64,000 nucleotides of DNA, from sequence record NC_042018.1; one strand, written 5' to 3'. Below are positions 1-9,991 of this stretch, in pieces. The stretch's first letter is position 1; every line of letters starts with the position of its first letter. A program made the translations under genes and the position numbers. Below the pieces are notes generated by a model that saw only the letters and a program-made list of their open reading frames with translations, searched no databases and was not told the origin of the DNA.

Positions 1-113
1 TTATGTGATGTGGATAATCACAACTCTATTCGTGTGGGCGGTATAAAACGGCTGTCATACGATTGGTTGAAAGCGCTAATTTTTTTGATCAAAAAAATTA
101 TTTTGAGGTAATC

Positions 114-2255
114 ATGACAACTTTAAGCCAAGTTGTACCTGGAAAGGTGAATAACCGGGGCGTGAACGATCGTTCAATTCCTGACTATTCTACCGACCCG
201 GCTACAACCCCGCTTCACATGCCGGTCATTCCGGTAGTGACGCCAAAGGGTGAATTTGGGACGCAGTGGATCAACACCGCTGACTTCCAAAATATTTACG
301 GGAACATCTTCGACCACAAATCGCCTTACTACAACCCTACCGCCGCGCTGATTCAGAACATGATCTCCGGTGGCCAGGCCAGTATCGGTGTCCGTCGTCT
401 GTCAGTGAACAAACAGGTTGCGCGTATCGCGTTGTCTGCGTTTGTCACCAAGAAGAAAGTGACCAACTGGAAACGTAACTATAAAGGCATGTTCGAACTC
501 GACAGCAATGGCGATAAAATCAAAATTGGCGAGCTGGACGGTCTGGAAGTTTACGTGGGTGTGGACGCTGAAGCCGCAAGCAAAGAACCAGGCGAACTGG
601 CGATCCGTACTATTCCGGCTGCCGTGGAAGGCGATAGCGATACCTACGTGTATCCGCTGTTTGAACTCCTGGCCGGCGTGGGTGACGTGTATAACCTGAA
701 CGGTGTACATCTGGGCGTGAAAGATTCTGCGCTGAACTGGAAAGGCATTGCTCAGTTCGTGGAAGCCACGGGTGTGTTCCCGTTCTTCATGCGTCAGTTC
801 ATTGACTCCGCTACCGGCGGTGCGCGTAACTACGTGAAAGACAAAACCGGTAAAGACACCAGCCAGTTCACGCTGTTTGAAGTTGAGAACGATTCTGTCA
901 AGTACAGTCTGCGTGAATGCATCGGTGGCTACACCGGCGGTAACGTTAACCGTCCGACCACGCTGCGCCCTGCGCCGTTTGGTGACGTGGTAACGTACAA
1001 CGACAACATCGAAGAGCTGGCTCAGCTGATGTACGCCGTTGAGAAACCGAACAACACGGGTCTGGTTGACGGCTTCCAGCTGAACTACCGCCAGATGAAC
1101 CCATTCACCTGCACCAACCACCAGGGTGTGCCTTACTTTGCTATCCAGGGTAAAGGTATCTCCATGTGGGACATGTCCTACGCGATCAATGCGCAGTACG
1201 GCGTGTCTCCGTTCCTGGACAAAGATGGTAAGCTGCCGAGCTATGCAACGCCGGTAACCGTACGTGACCCGTTCAACGTACTGGCCAACGTTGAGTTCCC
1301 GCTGACCACCAAGCAGGGTTGGGAAATCACCAACGGCCTGATGGAAGCTGATATCCAGGAGTTCGTCGACTCTCTCGAGCAGTCTAACTACGTGCGTAAC
1401 CGTCAGTCTGTGTTCTGGGACGTTGGTTATACCTACGCGGTGAAAGAGAAGATGATGTCTATCCTGGGTGCACGTAAAGACGTTATGGTCTTTGCTTGTG
1501 CGACCATCTGGGAACCAGGCAAGATGAACGACGTGGCTTCAGTCTACGGTCGTCTGTCTCAGCTCACCGCTGCGCTGCGCATGTATCCGGAATCCGAATA
1601 CTGGGGCACCCAGACCATGCGTGCGTCCGTGAACATCATCGAAGGTAAAATCATCGATGAAGCGACCGGTTGGTACTTCTCTGGTAACATCGATCTGGCC
1701 TACATGTTCGCCCGCTTTGCAGGTAACGCAGCCGGTACTCTGTCTTCTGCCCGTTCTCCGGACCATGCTGACAACCGCCTGTTCACCACCATGCACAGCC
1801 CGAACATCGAATTCGAAGACGACGGTGTGTCTTCCGACAACTTCGACAACGGTGCGATCACCCTGCGTCCGTACGACATCTCTGGCGCGCTGTTCCGTCC
1901 GTGTCTCCCGACCGTGTACAAAGCCAGCATCGACTCTGTGCTCAAAGATGCGGTAACGGCCTTTGTGTGCGTGTGCCTGGAGAAGATCGGTCAGGACGAG
2001 TGGAACGTTGTGTGTGGTGACACCACCATCACTTCGGAAAACTACGCGGCGCTGGTGAAAGACGGTATCGAACGTAAATCTCGTGATCGTCTGGGTGGTA
2101 TCGCGAAGTCTGTTCGCGTTGACGCTACCTACAACGAAAACCAGCCGGGTGGCCGTGCGGTGCTGAACACCGTGATTCATGCTTACTTCAACAAAGGTAA
2201 GTACATGATGAACCTGGATCTGTTCGCGTATAACGAACAGGACCTGGAAGCTTAA
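114..2255 (+). CDS. contractile tail sheath protein (phiKZ gp29-like)
   Basis: ORF 63..2255. Start moved to ATG 114, which follows a GAGG SD. ~713 aa, N-terminal PGKVNNRGVNDRS, strongly optimised codons, directly followed by a tube-sized gene. This is the sheath-tube arrangement of phiKZ-like phages. Confidence 0.8.
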   Translation: MTTLSQVVPGKVNNRGVNDRSIPDYSTDPATTPLHMPVIPVVTPKGEFGTQWINTADFQNIYGNIFDHKSPYYNPTAALIQNMISGGQASIGVRRLSVNKQVARIALSAFVTKKKVTNWKRNYKGMFELDSNGDKIKIGELDGLEVYVGVDAEAASKEPGELAIRTIPAAVEGDSDTYVYPLFELLAGVGDVYNLNGVHLGVKDSALNWKGIAQFVEATGVFPFFMRQFIDSATGGARNYVKDKTGKDTSQFTLFEVENDSVKYSLRECIGGYTGGNVNRPTTLRPAPFGDVVTYNDNIEELAQLMYAVEKPNNTGLVDGFQLNYRQMNPFTCTNHQGVPYFAIQGKGISMWDMSYAINAQYGVSPFLDKDGKLPSYATPVTVRDPFNVLANVEFPLTTKQGWEITNGLMEADIQEFVDSLEQSNYVRNRQSVFWDVGYTYAVKEKMMSILGARKDVMVFACATIWEPGKMNDVASVYGRLSQLTAALRMYPESEYWGTQTMRASVNIIEGKIIDEATGWYFSGNIDLAYMFARFAGNAAGTLSSARSPDHADNRLFTTMHSPNIEFEDDGVSSDNFDNGAITLRPYDISGALFRPCLPTVYKASIDSVLKDAVTAFVCVCLEKIGQDEWNVVCGDTTITSENYAALVKDGIERKSRDRLGGIAKSVRVDATYNENQPGGRAVLNTVIHAYFNKGKYMMNLDLFAYNEQDLEA

Positions 2256-2277
2256 TCCAACGATAAGGAAGAAGTAA

Positions 2278-3174
2278 ATGAGCACTAACTATCCTCATCG
2301 TGACTCGGAAACCACGTTATCCAATTCCGATGCGTTTGTACAAGCGCTGGACCTGACCCGTCGTCCTGTGATTAACGCACAGAGCGGCGGGATGTACGGC
2401 TGGGCCGGTAACATTTTCGAATACGTTACCGCTCAACCGCACGTTCAGCAGCAGAGCTGGTGTATCATGCTTTCCACCCCGGCGTTCTTCAGTCGTCTGC
2501 CGGGCGGGACTGCACTGCACTCTCTGTGCAAATCGTTCTTTGAAAACCGTACCCAGAAATTCGAAGGTCTTTCTGACCGTACGGAGATCAACTTCGGTGA
2601 GATGAAGTGGACCGGTCACACTCTGTCCGTCCCAACGGGTGCTACCCGTACGCTGGGCCAGATTAGCCACACGGCTTATGATACTGAAGGTGAACCGTTC
2701 ACCAAGATGTTCAAAATCTGGTCTCAGTGGGGTCTGATGGATTCCGAGCTGATGAACGCCAAGCTGGTAACACTCCCGGATCCGGGTGACATGCTGCTGG
2801 ACGAAATCTCAGCGTCGGCGATTTACTTCGAACCGACCAAGAACATGAAAGACATCGCGCACGCACAGCTGGCCGTCGGCATCATGCCACGTACTACTGT
2901 TCCGATCGAAATGCGTCGTGATAAAGATGAAGAAGGTCAGCTCCGTATTATCAATATGGAATTCACCGGCCTCATCGAGTCTGACACTCTGGCGGTTAAG
3001 AACATCGCGCGTGAAATGCTGAAACTTCTGCCGCTGTACAACCCAGATGGTATCGCCGCACCTGCAGGCTTCAAAGATCGCACCAGCACTCTGAAGTCCC
3101 TGAACAAGTCCGGCAACATCGAGCGTATGGCTCAGCAGTCGAAAACGGTAACCAATAGCCAGTACATGGGCTAA
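2278..3174 (+). CDS. tail tube protein (phiKZ gp30-like)
   Basis: 298 aa ORF right after the sheath gene, AAGGA SD, optimised codons, followed by a hairpin terminator. Confidence 0.75.
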   Translation: MSTNYPHRDSETTLSNSDAFVQALDLTRRPVINAQSGGMYGWAGNIFEYVTAQPHVQQQSWCIMLSTPAFFSRLPGGTALHSLCKSFFENRTQKFEGLSDRTEINFGEMKWTGHTLSVPTGATRTLGQISHTAYDTEGEPFTKMFKIWSQWGLMDSELMNAKLVTLPDPGDMLLDEISASAIYFEPTKNMKDIAHAQLAVGIMPRTTVPIEMRRDKDEEGQLRIINMEFTGLIESDTLAVKNIAREMLKLLPLYNPDGIAAPAGFKDRTSTLKSLNKSGNIERMAQQSKTVTNSQYMG

Positions 3175-3193
3175 CGATTCCCGGTCATTCACT

Positions 3194-3222
3194 CCTACTA
3201 CTACCCCTCGGGTAGTAGTAGG
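3194..3222 (+). terminator. intrinsic terminator hairpin
   Basis: CCTACTACTACCC-ctc-GGGTAGTAGTAGG, a 13 bp stem just after the tube stop codon. Confidence 0.7.
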
Positions 3223-3267
3223 GTGTTTGATGCTATAGCCTTTTAATTTCACCAAAGGAGCCTCATT

Positions 3268-4113
3268 GTGAACTGCGTCGATTACGCTATTAACATGATT
3301 ACCGGTTCCGATATCGATGAGTACTTATTGAAGTTGGCGTTTGAGAATCCCAATGCGAACTTTAATGGCAATTGGTACGGAATGTTGAGTAACACCACCG
3401 TCGAACAAGGCATACGCGAAAAGGTCATTCACCGCACGGTGTTGCCGGCGTGTCAAGTGGGCGGGGGTAAAACCGAGTACGTTGATTTAACCGGAGCACG
3501 TATTCGTGACCTGGGCAACGGGTACGTTGAGGTTAACGTGCCGGACAGTTTAACCGGGGGACGTAAGATCATCACGGTGGAAGAGATTTATCTGGGGAGC
3601 ATGTCGTCTGCTGCCGGTATGCTGTCCATGGGGATAAACGAAAACACCATGTGTGGTCAAGGTAGCCTGAATGACATGATGCAGGGTCTGGTCGATAACT
3701 TGTCCAGTAACCGTACCATGCCACCTACCTACAGTAACGTCCACATGACGGGCAACAACAGCTTCGTGATTGTGGGGATGAACTCTGGAACGTTTTCAAT
3801 GACAGCGAAGTGCCTGCTGGAGTTTGATGACGGCATGACCAGTATTCACCCAAAAGCGTACGATACGTTTGCTGACCTCTGCCTGCTGGCAACCAAAGCT
3901 TATATCTACCGTACCTGTCGTCGTCCGACACAAGAAGCAGTGATTCGTGCTGGGGTAGCGCTGGAGAGTATCCGTGACGATATTGACGAATACCGGGATG
4001 CCTGGAAAGACTACCGTGAGTTCTTCGATACCACCTGGAAGAAAACCATGGCATACAGCGATCGTCAAGGCATGTATAACCGCATCGCCATGATGACTCC
4101 AACGCGTATGTAA
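3268..4113 (+). CDS. conserved jumbo-phage hypothetical protein, probably virion
   Basis: 281 aa ORF, GTG start after AAAGGAG SD, lies in the structural operon. Confidence 0.6.
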   Translation: MNCVDYAINMITGSDIDEYLLKLAFENPNANFNGNWYGMLSNTTVEQGIREKVIHRTVLPACQVGGGKTEYVDLTGARIRDLGNGYVEVNVPDSLTGGRKIITVEEIYLGSMSSAAGMLSMGINENTMCGQGSLNDMMQGLVDNLSSNRTMPPTYSNVHMTGNNSFVIVGMNSGTFSMTAKCLLEFDDGMTSIHPKAYDTFADLCLLATKAYIYRTCRRPTQEAVIRAGVALESIRDDIDEYRDAWKDYREFFDTTWKKTMAYSDRQGMYNRIAMMTPTRM

Positions 4114-4123
4114 AGGAGTTGAC

Positions 4124-5458
4124 ATGAGTCGTATTTTTGACGCTCAAACGTTCATGTTTGAAGAAGCCCAAGGCATGCAAACGTTTTGGGAAGTGGCGGG
4201 GTTAGAAGACCTCATCAGCAGCGTGGACTGGGGACGTAATGATTCCATCCTGCAGGTGTGTGATTACTTCGGCAAATACTTGGACGTGACTCCGAAGTGG
4301 GCGTTAGCGCTACAGCGTTACGTCTACAACTTCACCACCCGGAAAGTGGGGACCGTGGACTACATGGAGTTCTTTGGGTCGCCGTACCTGGGTCTGCAAA
4401 AGATCACCTTTACCAGCGCAGACCGTAACCAGTGGTTCAGTGAAATCTTCGACGTGGATGAAGAAGAGCTCAAAGAGAACCTGCATGCGGTACGGTCGAT
4501 TAAAACCACCTGGGCAGTTGTGGGGGATGTCTTTAACCTGACCATCCCGTATCTGGTGTATCGCGTGTTCCATTCGAAGTTGGATGCCCGGACGAAACAC
4601 CAGGCCATGGTGGATTTGATTAGCATGTACCACTACAAGTGTCTGACGAGTATCGTGAACAACGACTACCCGTACATGGCGAAACGGGAAGTGGTGCTGG
4701 AAACCTATAACCGCCTGAGCCTGAAGTACGACATCAAACGCTACGGTAGCTGGCGTGAACTGATTCGTGCTCGTGCTGAGTTTATCCTGGACCCTAAAAC
4801 TGGGATTCACTTTAACACCTTCACCAAAATGAACGATGACAAAAAGATCATCTACATGGTGGGGGATATTCAGGACCGTCTGCGTGGTGTGGTGAATGAC
4901 ATCAACAAAGTGTTCCATGATGTCAAGAACAAAATCAACATCGTGTCGTTAGACGGTAACCGTGTGAAGTTGGAAGACGGGGTGGTCTTAAAGAACGTGG
5001 CCAAAGAAGTCACGCAATTTAAAAACTACATCGAGCAGATTCTCACCGGTCAATCTTCTTTCTACAAAGAAGAGCTGTTGCAGTATGCGGTAAAAGATTT
5101 GGATAACACACCGGTGGATAAACTGGGGTATGTGATTCAGAACTTCCCGGCGTTGTACAACAGCAAGAAAGGCGAACACTGGCGTGATTTCATTAACGAG
5201 ATCATAGTCCACCTGTTCGAGTACCTCCATCAGCACGACATCAGCAAAACCAACATGTACGGTGTGCTGGTAAAAATGCGTGGAGCGTACAACAGTCCCC
5301 GCAGTCAAAATGACAGCGTGAAGAAATTGCGTAAAGTGGGGGATGACTTAATCCGGGAACAGACCGGCATTAAAACACCTTCAACGATTACGGGTTTGCG
5401 TACGGCGTTCTTATTATACGTTGTGCTGCGTGTATTAAGCAAAGACTATTACCAATAG
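4124..5458 (+). CDS. conserved jumbo-phage hypothetical protein
   Basis: 444 aa ORF with AAGGAG SD and phage-like codon use. No motif recognised. Confidence 0.6.
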   Translation: MSRIFDAQTFMFEEAQGMQTFWEVAGLEDLISSVDWGRNDSILQVCDYFGKYLDVTPKWALALQRYVYNFTTRKVGTVDYMEFFGSPYLGLQKITFTSADRNQWFSEIFDVDEEELKENLHAVRSIKTTWAVVGDVFNLTIPYLVYRVFHSKLDARTKHQAMVDLISMYHYKCLTSIVNNDYPYMAKREVVLETYNRLSLKYDIKRYGSWRELIRARAEFILDPKTGIHFNTFTKMNDDKKIIYMVGDIQDRLRGVVNDINKVFHDVKNKINIVSLDGNRVKLEDGVVLKNVAKEVTQFKNYIEQILTGQSSFYKEELLQYAVKDLDNTPVDKLGYVIQNFPALYNSKKGEHWRDFINEIIVHLFEYLHQHDISKTNMYGVLVKMRGAYNSPRSQNDSVKKLRKVGDDLIREQTGIKTPSTITGLRTAFLLYVVLRVLSKDYYQ

Positions 5459-5468
5459 GGTTAAAAAC

Positions 5469-6533
5469 ATGGAACTGGGTGAAGAAGAGCTGGGTAGCGG
5501 GATTCCGGATGTTGAGCATATCGACACGGTCATGGACGGCATTATCGATACGGTAACGGGGACCGAGGGGTTAACCCATGCTCAACGTTATTTGGCAGGT
5601 ACGTTGTATGCCAGCGGCATGGTGTCCTATTCGCAGTACCATGGTAGCGAAGGGGTGATGGATACCATCAAAGGGGGATTGAAGAAAGCCTGGGATTACA
5701 TCGTGAAGATGTTTAAACAAATCTGGGGTTTCTTCTTTAAATCGAAAGGTAAACAGGAAGCGGCTGACGCCAAGGCTGCAGTTAGACAGCTGGAAGAGTT
5801 TAGCAATCTGCGTCCTGTTAAATCAGAAGATCGCCGTCGCGCGGTTACTGAAATGGTGAGGGCCGGTGCAAAGCTTGCGCACATGGATTTGGATAAAACC
5901 GATCCAAACGCTAAACGCGCCATGATGCAGCATCTCGAAGTAATGAAAGAGAAAAGCAAAGAGATGCAGCAACTGAGCCCGAACGAGAGCAGCAAAGAAG
6001 CGGCTATCGTTACCGAGGTTAAAAAGGAATTCCAGGAAATTTGTGTAGAGCACGTTAGCGTGAACCTGAGTAATCTCAAAACCAAAGTAGTGGCGAAACT
6101 TACTTCAATTTACGAAAACAACAAAAAGCTGGATGCACTCAAAACCGACACGAGTAAGGATTTGGGTATTACTTGGTTAAAAGGAATTTCGCGTAATATT
6201 GATCGGTTCATTAGTGATATGCGAACCTTTTCAACCGTGTTAGAAGAGTTCCGTTCGACTGAACACGCCAGCAGCTTTGCAAGTAAACTCAAGGGTTACA
6301 TTTCACACATGGAAACCCTCATGGAGAGCTGCGCCAAAACGGAAAATGCGGTTCGTGAATTGATGCGTACTCTTGAGAAAGAGTTAGCAGAAAATCCTAA
6401 TGATCCACAAGTAGCTGCTTTGTTGAATCATGTAAAGACCGGCTTGAAGCTGTCAGCTGAAGTAGCCGAAACAGTAAGTTGGTTATTGCGTGTCACTACC
6501 CAGCTTTGCGATCGCTACTCCGTAAAAGCATAA
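5469..6533 (+). CDS. head/ejection protein of a paralog family with a G-x-E propeptide
   Basis: 354 aa. N-terminus GIIDTVTGTEG...AQRYL...YHGSEGVMDTIKGG is visibly homologous to the N-terminus of 7837..8751. Confidence 0.6.
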   Translation: MELGEEELGSGIPDVEHIDTVMDGIIDTVTGTEGLTHAQRYLAGTLYASGMVSYSQYHGSEGVMDTIKGGLKKAWDYIVKMFKQIWGFFFKSKGKQEAADAKAAVRQLEEFSNLRPVKSEDRRRAVTEMVRAGAKLAHMDLDKTDPNAKRAMMQHLEVMKEKSKEMQQLSPNESSKEAAIVTEVKKEFQEICVEHVSVNLSNLKTKVVAKLTSIYENNKKLDALKTDTSKDLGITWLKGISRNIDRFISDMRTFSTVLEEFRSTEHASSFASKLKGYISHMETLMESCAKTENAVRELMRTLEKELAENPNDPQVAALLNHVKTGLKLSAEVAETVSWLLRVTTQLCDRYSVKA

Positions 6534-6611
6534 TAAGTCCCCCACTAGTAAATTACCAGGAGCTCTATGCATTGTGAGCTCCTGTTTTACTTTTCGTTCT
6601 AAGGAATAAAA

Positions 6612-7337
6612 ATGCCGTACATCGTTATTGAGGGGGTGGACTTTAGCGGTAAGTCTACACTGGCCTCAGCTTTAAAAACACAGCTAAAACTCCAATACGG
6701 TGTGGAGTCGGTAATCGTTGAAGAGCCGTCTACCCACAACGATCGTTGTAAAGCCATTCGTCACGAAGTGACCACCAATCCAACCCTGACCAATGAAGAG
6801 CGCGCTGCGCTGTTTCTGGAACAACGTCAGCTGGTTATGCAGGACCTGGTTCTGCCTGCCCTGAAAGCCGGTAAACTGGTTATCGGTAGCCGTTCGTTTA
6901 TCAGCACCATGGTATACCAGACTCCAGAAAACGGTTTCGGTATGCACGGTGTGCTGAATGCCAATTTAGACGGCCTGGAAGCCTTTGGGGACGACGCAAT
7001 TCCTGACCTGGGGATTCTGTGCGAAATTACGCACGATACGTTCCTGAAGCGTTGTACGGGCCGTAATGGGTATATGGATGAACTGGAAATGCCGTTACTG
7101 GATCCGGTGAAGTTCGCCACCCGCTGTGAGAAATATCTCAAGGCCATGGTATATACCAAAACCGCGCTGAAGAAATTCGACAGTGCGATGTATAGCGGTG
7201 ACCTGGACATGCTGTTAGCAGACCTGGCCCGTAAATTCAAATATGAGAAACTGCCTGAAGAAGGCGAAGTCTCTTCTCTTACTCCACCTCCGGCCAAACC
7301 CGAAGTAAAAGGGGTTGCCTCTTACCTGGTACCGTAA
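6612..7337 (+). CDS. tmk: thymidylate (dTMP) kinase
   Basis: P-loop IEGVDFSGKST, an EP motif, and SRSFISTMVYQ matching the DR(Y/F)xxS..YQ motif. Confidence 0.88.
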   Translation: MPYIVIEGVDFSGKSTLASALKTQLKLQYGVESVIVEEPSTHNDRCKAIRHEVTTNPTLTNEERAALFLEQRQLVMQDLVLPALKAGKLVIGSRSFISTMVYQTPENGFGMHGVLNANLDGLEAFGDDAIPDLGILCEITHDTFLKRCTGRNGYMDELEMPLLDPVKFATRCEKYLKAMVYTKTALKKFDSAMYSGDLDMLLADLARKFKYEKLPEEGEVSSLTPPPAKPEVKGVASYLVP

Positions 7338-7339
7338 AC

Positions 7340-7711
7340 ATGGAAAAAGCACAAAACATCGAAAAGGGTCTTTCCTTTGGGCAAGTCATTGAACGCATGA
7401 AGCGTTTTAAAGGCGAAGCAGCACTGCGCGCTTGGGGTGACAAAAAGGAATGTGTCTTCCTGGTCACTCATCATGATCTCTGCACGAAACTGGGCTACGG
7501 CTACGGTGAAGTTCCCGGGACGGCTTCTTTTGGGGATGCTTTGTGCAAATACCATGAAAGCGGGGAACTGGAAATGGGCTGGCGTCCGAGCTATGCTGAG
7601 ATGGCGTCAAACGACTGGCAGTTTGTGAATTGCGGGGAACGCGATGACATCTATCGTAAATCCAACGACGCTGGCGAAGCTGGGAAAAGTCGTGACGGCT
7701 TTGCCGCCTGA
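7340..7711 (+). CDS. tad2: DUF2829 / Tad2-like immune-signal sponge protein
   Basis: LSFGQVIERMK...RAW...FLV...LGYGYGE...WRPSYAEMASNDWQFV follows the DUF2829/Tad2 pattern (SFGEAL..RxGW..FGFGE..WxPSQxDxLAxDW). Confidence 0.72.
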   Translation: MEKAQNIEKGLSFGQVIERMKRFKGEAALRAWGDKKECVFLVTHHDLCTKLGYGYGEVPGTASFGDALCKYHESGELEMGWRPSYAEMASNDWQFVNCGERDDIYRKSNDAGEAGKSRDGFAA

Positions 7712-7802
7712 AAGACCGGCTCCGTGTAGTACGGGTGCAAACCTGATTAAAAAGGCTAATCCACCCAAACAGTTTAATTTTGATATTAAACCCAAATAAT
7801 AA

Positions 7803-7834
7803 ATACTCTCTCAGCCGTGGCTGAGAGAGTATAA
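7803..7834. terminator. bidirectional terminator hairpin
   Basis: ATACTCTCTCAG-ccgtgg-CTGAGAGAGTAT between convergent genes. Confidence 0.6.
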
Positions 7835-7836
7835 CG

Positions 7837-8751
7837 TTATGCGTGGAATTTGTTGTACAGCTGATTAAACAGACTGAGTTGCTTGTTGAACGTGTTGTAT
7901 TCAAACGTAGCGCACGCAATATCTTTACGCGCCTGGTCGGCTAACTCTTTCATGTTCTGTCGATAATGGTCACTGAGGTCCGTCTGTTTTAACGTTGCCT
8001 CAATTTCGCTAAGGTTCTTCTTCTGATCGTCGATTACCTTTTGAACACTCTTTTCATATTCAGACAAGTCTTTCTGCGTCACACGATTAAGTGTGTTTAA
8101 GAAAGTCGTAATACCGCCATGATGGAAAATGTTCGGCACAGTCTTATGCAGCTCAGGGAGCGCACTGGTTAAACGTTCCTGCAGACGACGAAGCGGTGAC
8201 ACATACTTAACTTTGTTCTTGCTCGTGTAGTCCGTGTATGCTTTATTCAGCTCACCGAGTTTATTCAGCAGCTGTTCAATCTGATTGTGCTCACCATTGT
8301 AAATTGCAGTGCGTCTTTTGCTGCCATCTTTCTTAACGATCAAGACTTCTTTTTCCTGGGCAGCAGCTTCCTGTTCTTTCTTCAGTTCGGCATCTTTAGA
8401 GATAGCGGCGTCAGATTCCTTTACCTGCTCAGTGGTTTCTTTTGCGTTCTCTTCTACCTTTGCGCCTTTCTTACCGGTGAAGACTTCTTTCAGCTTAGTC
8501 CATAGCGCTTCCATGGCTGTTTTGATTGCCTGGTACACTTTCTGTGCCCCTGACTTGATTGTGTCAAGCACACCCTCATTACCGTGGTAGTTGGAAATCG
8601 TTCCGCCGTAGGACCGCACAACAGACTGCAGGTACTGCTGAGCGTACGTTAAGGAGTAACGCTCGGTACCGTCCACCGTATCAATAATACCGGTGAGCAG
8701 GGTCTCCGCGTGGTCGCTGTCCATTTCTTCGTAAACACCATCGAGTTGCAT
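7837..8751 (-). CDS. head/ejection protein paralog with a G-x-E propeptide
   Basis: 304 aa. GIIDTVDGTE...YAQQYL...YHGNEGVLDTIKSG, paralogous to 5469..6533. Confidence 0.6.
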   Translation of the reverse strand: MQLDGVYEEMDSDHAETLLTGIIDTVDGTERYSLTYAQQYLQSVVRSYGGTISNYHGNEGVLDTIKSGAQKVYQAIKTAMEALWTKLKEVFTGKKGAKVEENAKETTEQVKESDAAISKDAELKKEQEAAAQEKEVLIVKKDGSKRRTAIYNGEHNQIEQLLNKLGELNKAYTDYTSKNKVKYVSPLRRLQERLTSALPELHKTVPNIFHHGGITTFLNTLNRVTQKDLSEYEKSVQKVIDDQKKNLSEIEATLKQTDLSDHYRQNMKELADQARKDIACATFEYNTFNKQLSLFNQLYNKFHA

Positions 8752-9149
8752 GATTTTATCCTGTTAGTTTAGTTCATAAAATTTCGCGCATATCTCCCCC
8801 TCCTTGCCCCGTCTTAGGGGGCAAGGAGGTATTACAGTATGGGAGGGACGAGCGAGGAATTACTAAACTGTAATAGGTATAAAACCCAGTTAGTTATTTT
8901 TAAGCAACTGTAAGGTTATCTACTCTGTAGGCTCTTAACCATTAACTAAGGTTTAACGTTAAGGCGGTTCAGTTCTTGCAGATTAAGTAATTTTCTACTA
9001 CGTGGTAATATACATATACCGGCTGTAATGATTTACCACCACGACCATATTATATTTTTATTTTCTATAAGTTTTCAAACCTGTACTATTAGGGTGAATC
9101 TGAATCCCATATTTAGGTTCGTAACTTAACTTTGAATAGGACTGAGAAA

Positions 9150-9911
9150 ATGAGTGAAGGTAAAGGCTTGATCGTAGAACACAACCAACTGCACTCCGTC
9201 TTCGACATTCTGGAGCGGCAACCAGCCAACACGTTTAACAGCATTATGGCCGTAGGCGGTGGCAGCAAAGGCGGTATCATTCGCAGTAACCTGGAGTGGG
9301 ACAGCAAGCAACAGCTGTACACGGGTAAGACCTGGATCGCCTCTCCGCTGTTGAAAGGTGTTAAGAACCTGCACCTGCCGACGCTGTCGATTATTCCGTC
9401 GACTCGCAAAATCATGCTGACCTTCAACCTTCACGGTCGCATCTTTACGCAGCTGACCAACGATGAAGCTTACAGCTATTTCAAACAGACTCGTGGATTC
9501 AGCCGTCATTACCTGGATGTGTTGGGTAAGCGTATTGAGATTGCTATTGAAGACCACAACAAGCAGCAGTTCATTCGTATCCGGTATGAAAGCATGACGC
9601 TGGAACATTTGGACGATTTACTGAAGCACGGAGAAGTCATCAAGACCTATCCGGTACGTAAAGAAACCTGGTCAGTGATTCCGGAAGTCCGTAAAGAGGA
9701 ATTCCCTACCATTGACGAGATCAAACATGACGGCTTGTTAGTTCGTCGTGCCATCAATTACTTTAACGGAGGTCGTCTTAAAGAAGAAACTGAATATTAC
9801 GTAATCGAAGCCACCGGCATCTTCCACACGTACCGTGGGACCCAGCCTGACTTCCGATTCCACGAACGAGTCGGCTATGTCAACATGACACCATTAGCCT
9901 CGATTAAATAA
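9150..9911 (+). CDS. hypothetical protein, probably early
   Basis: ORF 9132..9911 with ATG at 9150, downstream of an early-promoter-like motif at 9071-9096. Confidence 0.55.
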   Translation: MSEGKGLIVEHNQLHSVFDILERQPANTFNSIMAVGGGSKGGIIRSNLEWDSKQQLYTGKTWIASPLLKGVKNLHLPTLSIIPSTRKIMLTFNLHGRIFTQLTNDEAYSYFKQTRGFSRHYLDVLGKRIEIAIEDHNKQQFIRIRYESMTLEHLDDLLKHGEVIKTYPVRKETWSVIPEVRKEEFPTIDEIKHDGLLVRRAINYFNGGRLKEETEYYVIEATGIFHTYRGTQPDFRFHERVGYVNMTPLASIK

Positions 9912-9991
9912 GCCCGTCTTATTTAACGATGATTTAACCAAGGGGAAGAATTCGCTTCCCCGTTTTTAATCTTACTTGAAAGGATAGAAAA

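Noticed and set aside
6612-7337. dTMP kinase with SR in place of the DR motif, hinting at modified-nucleotide specificity
   Set aside because: Single substitution, and no base-modification genes are visible in this window.
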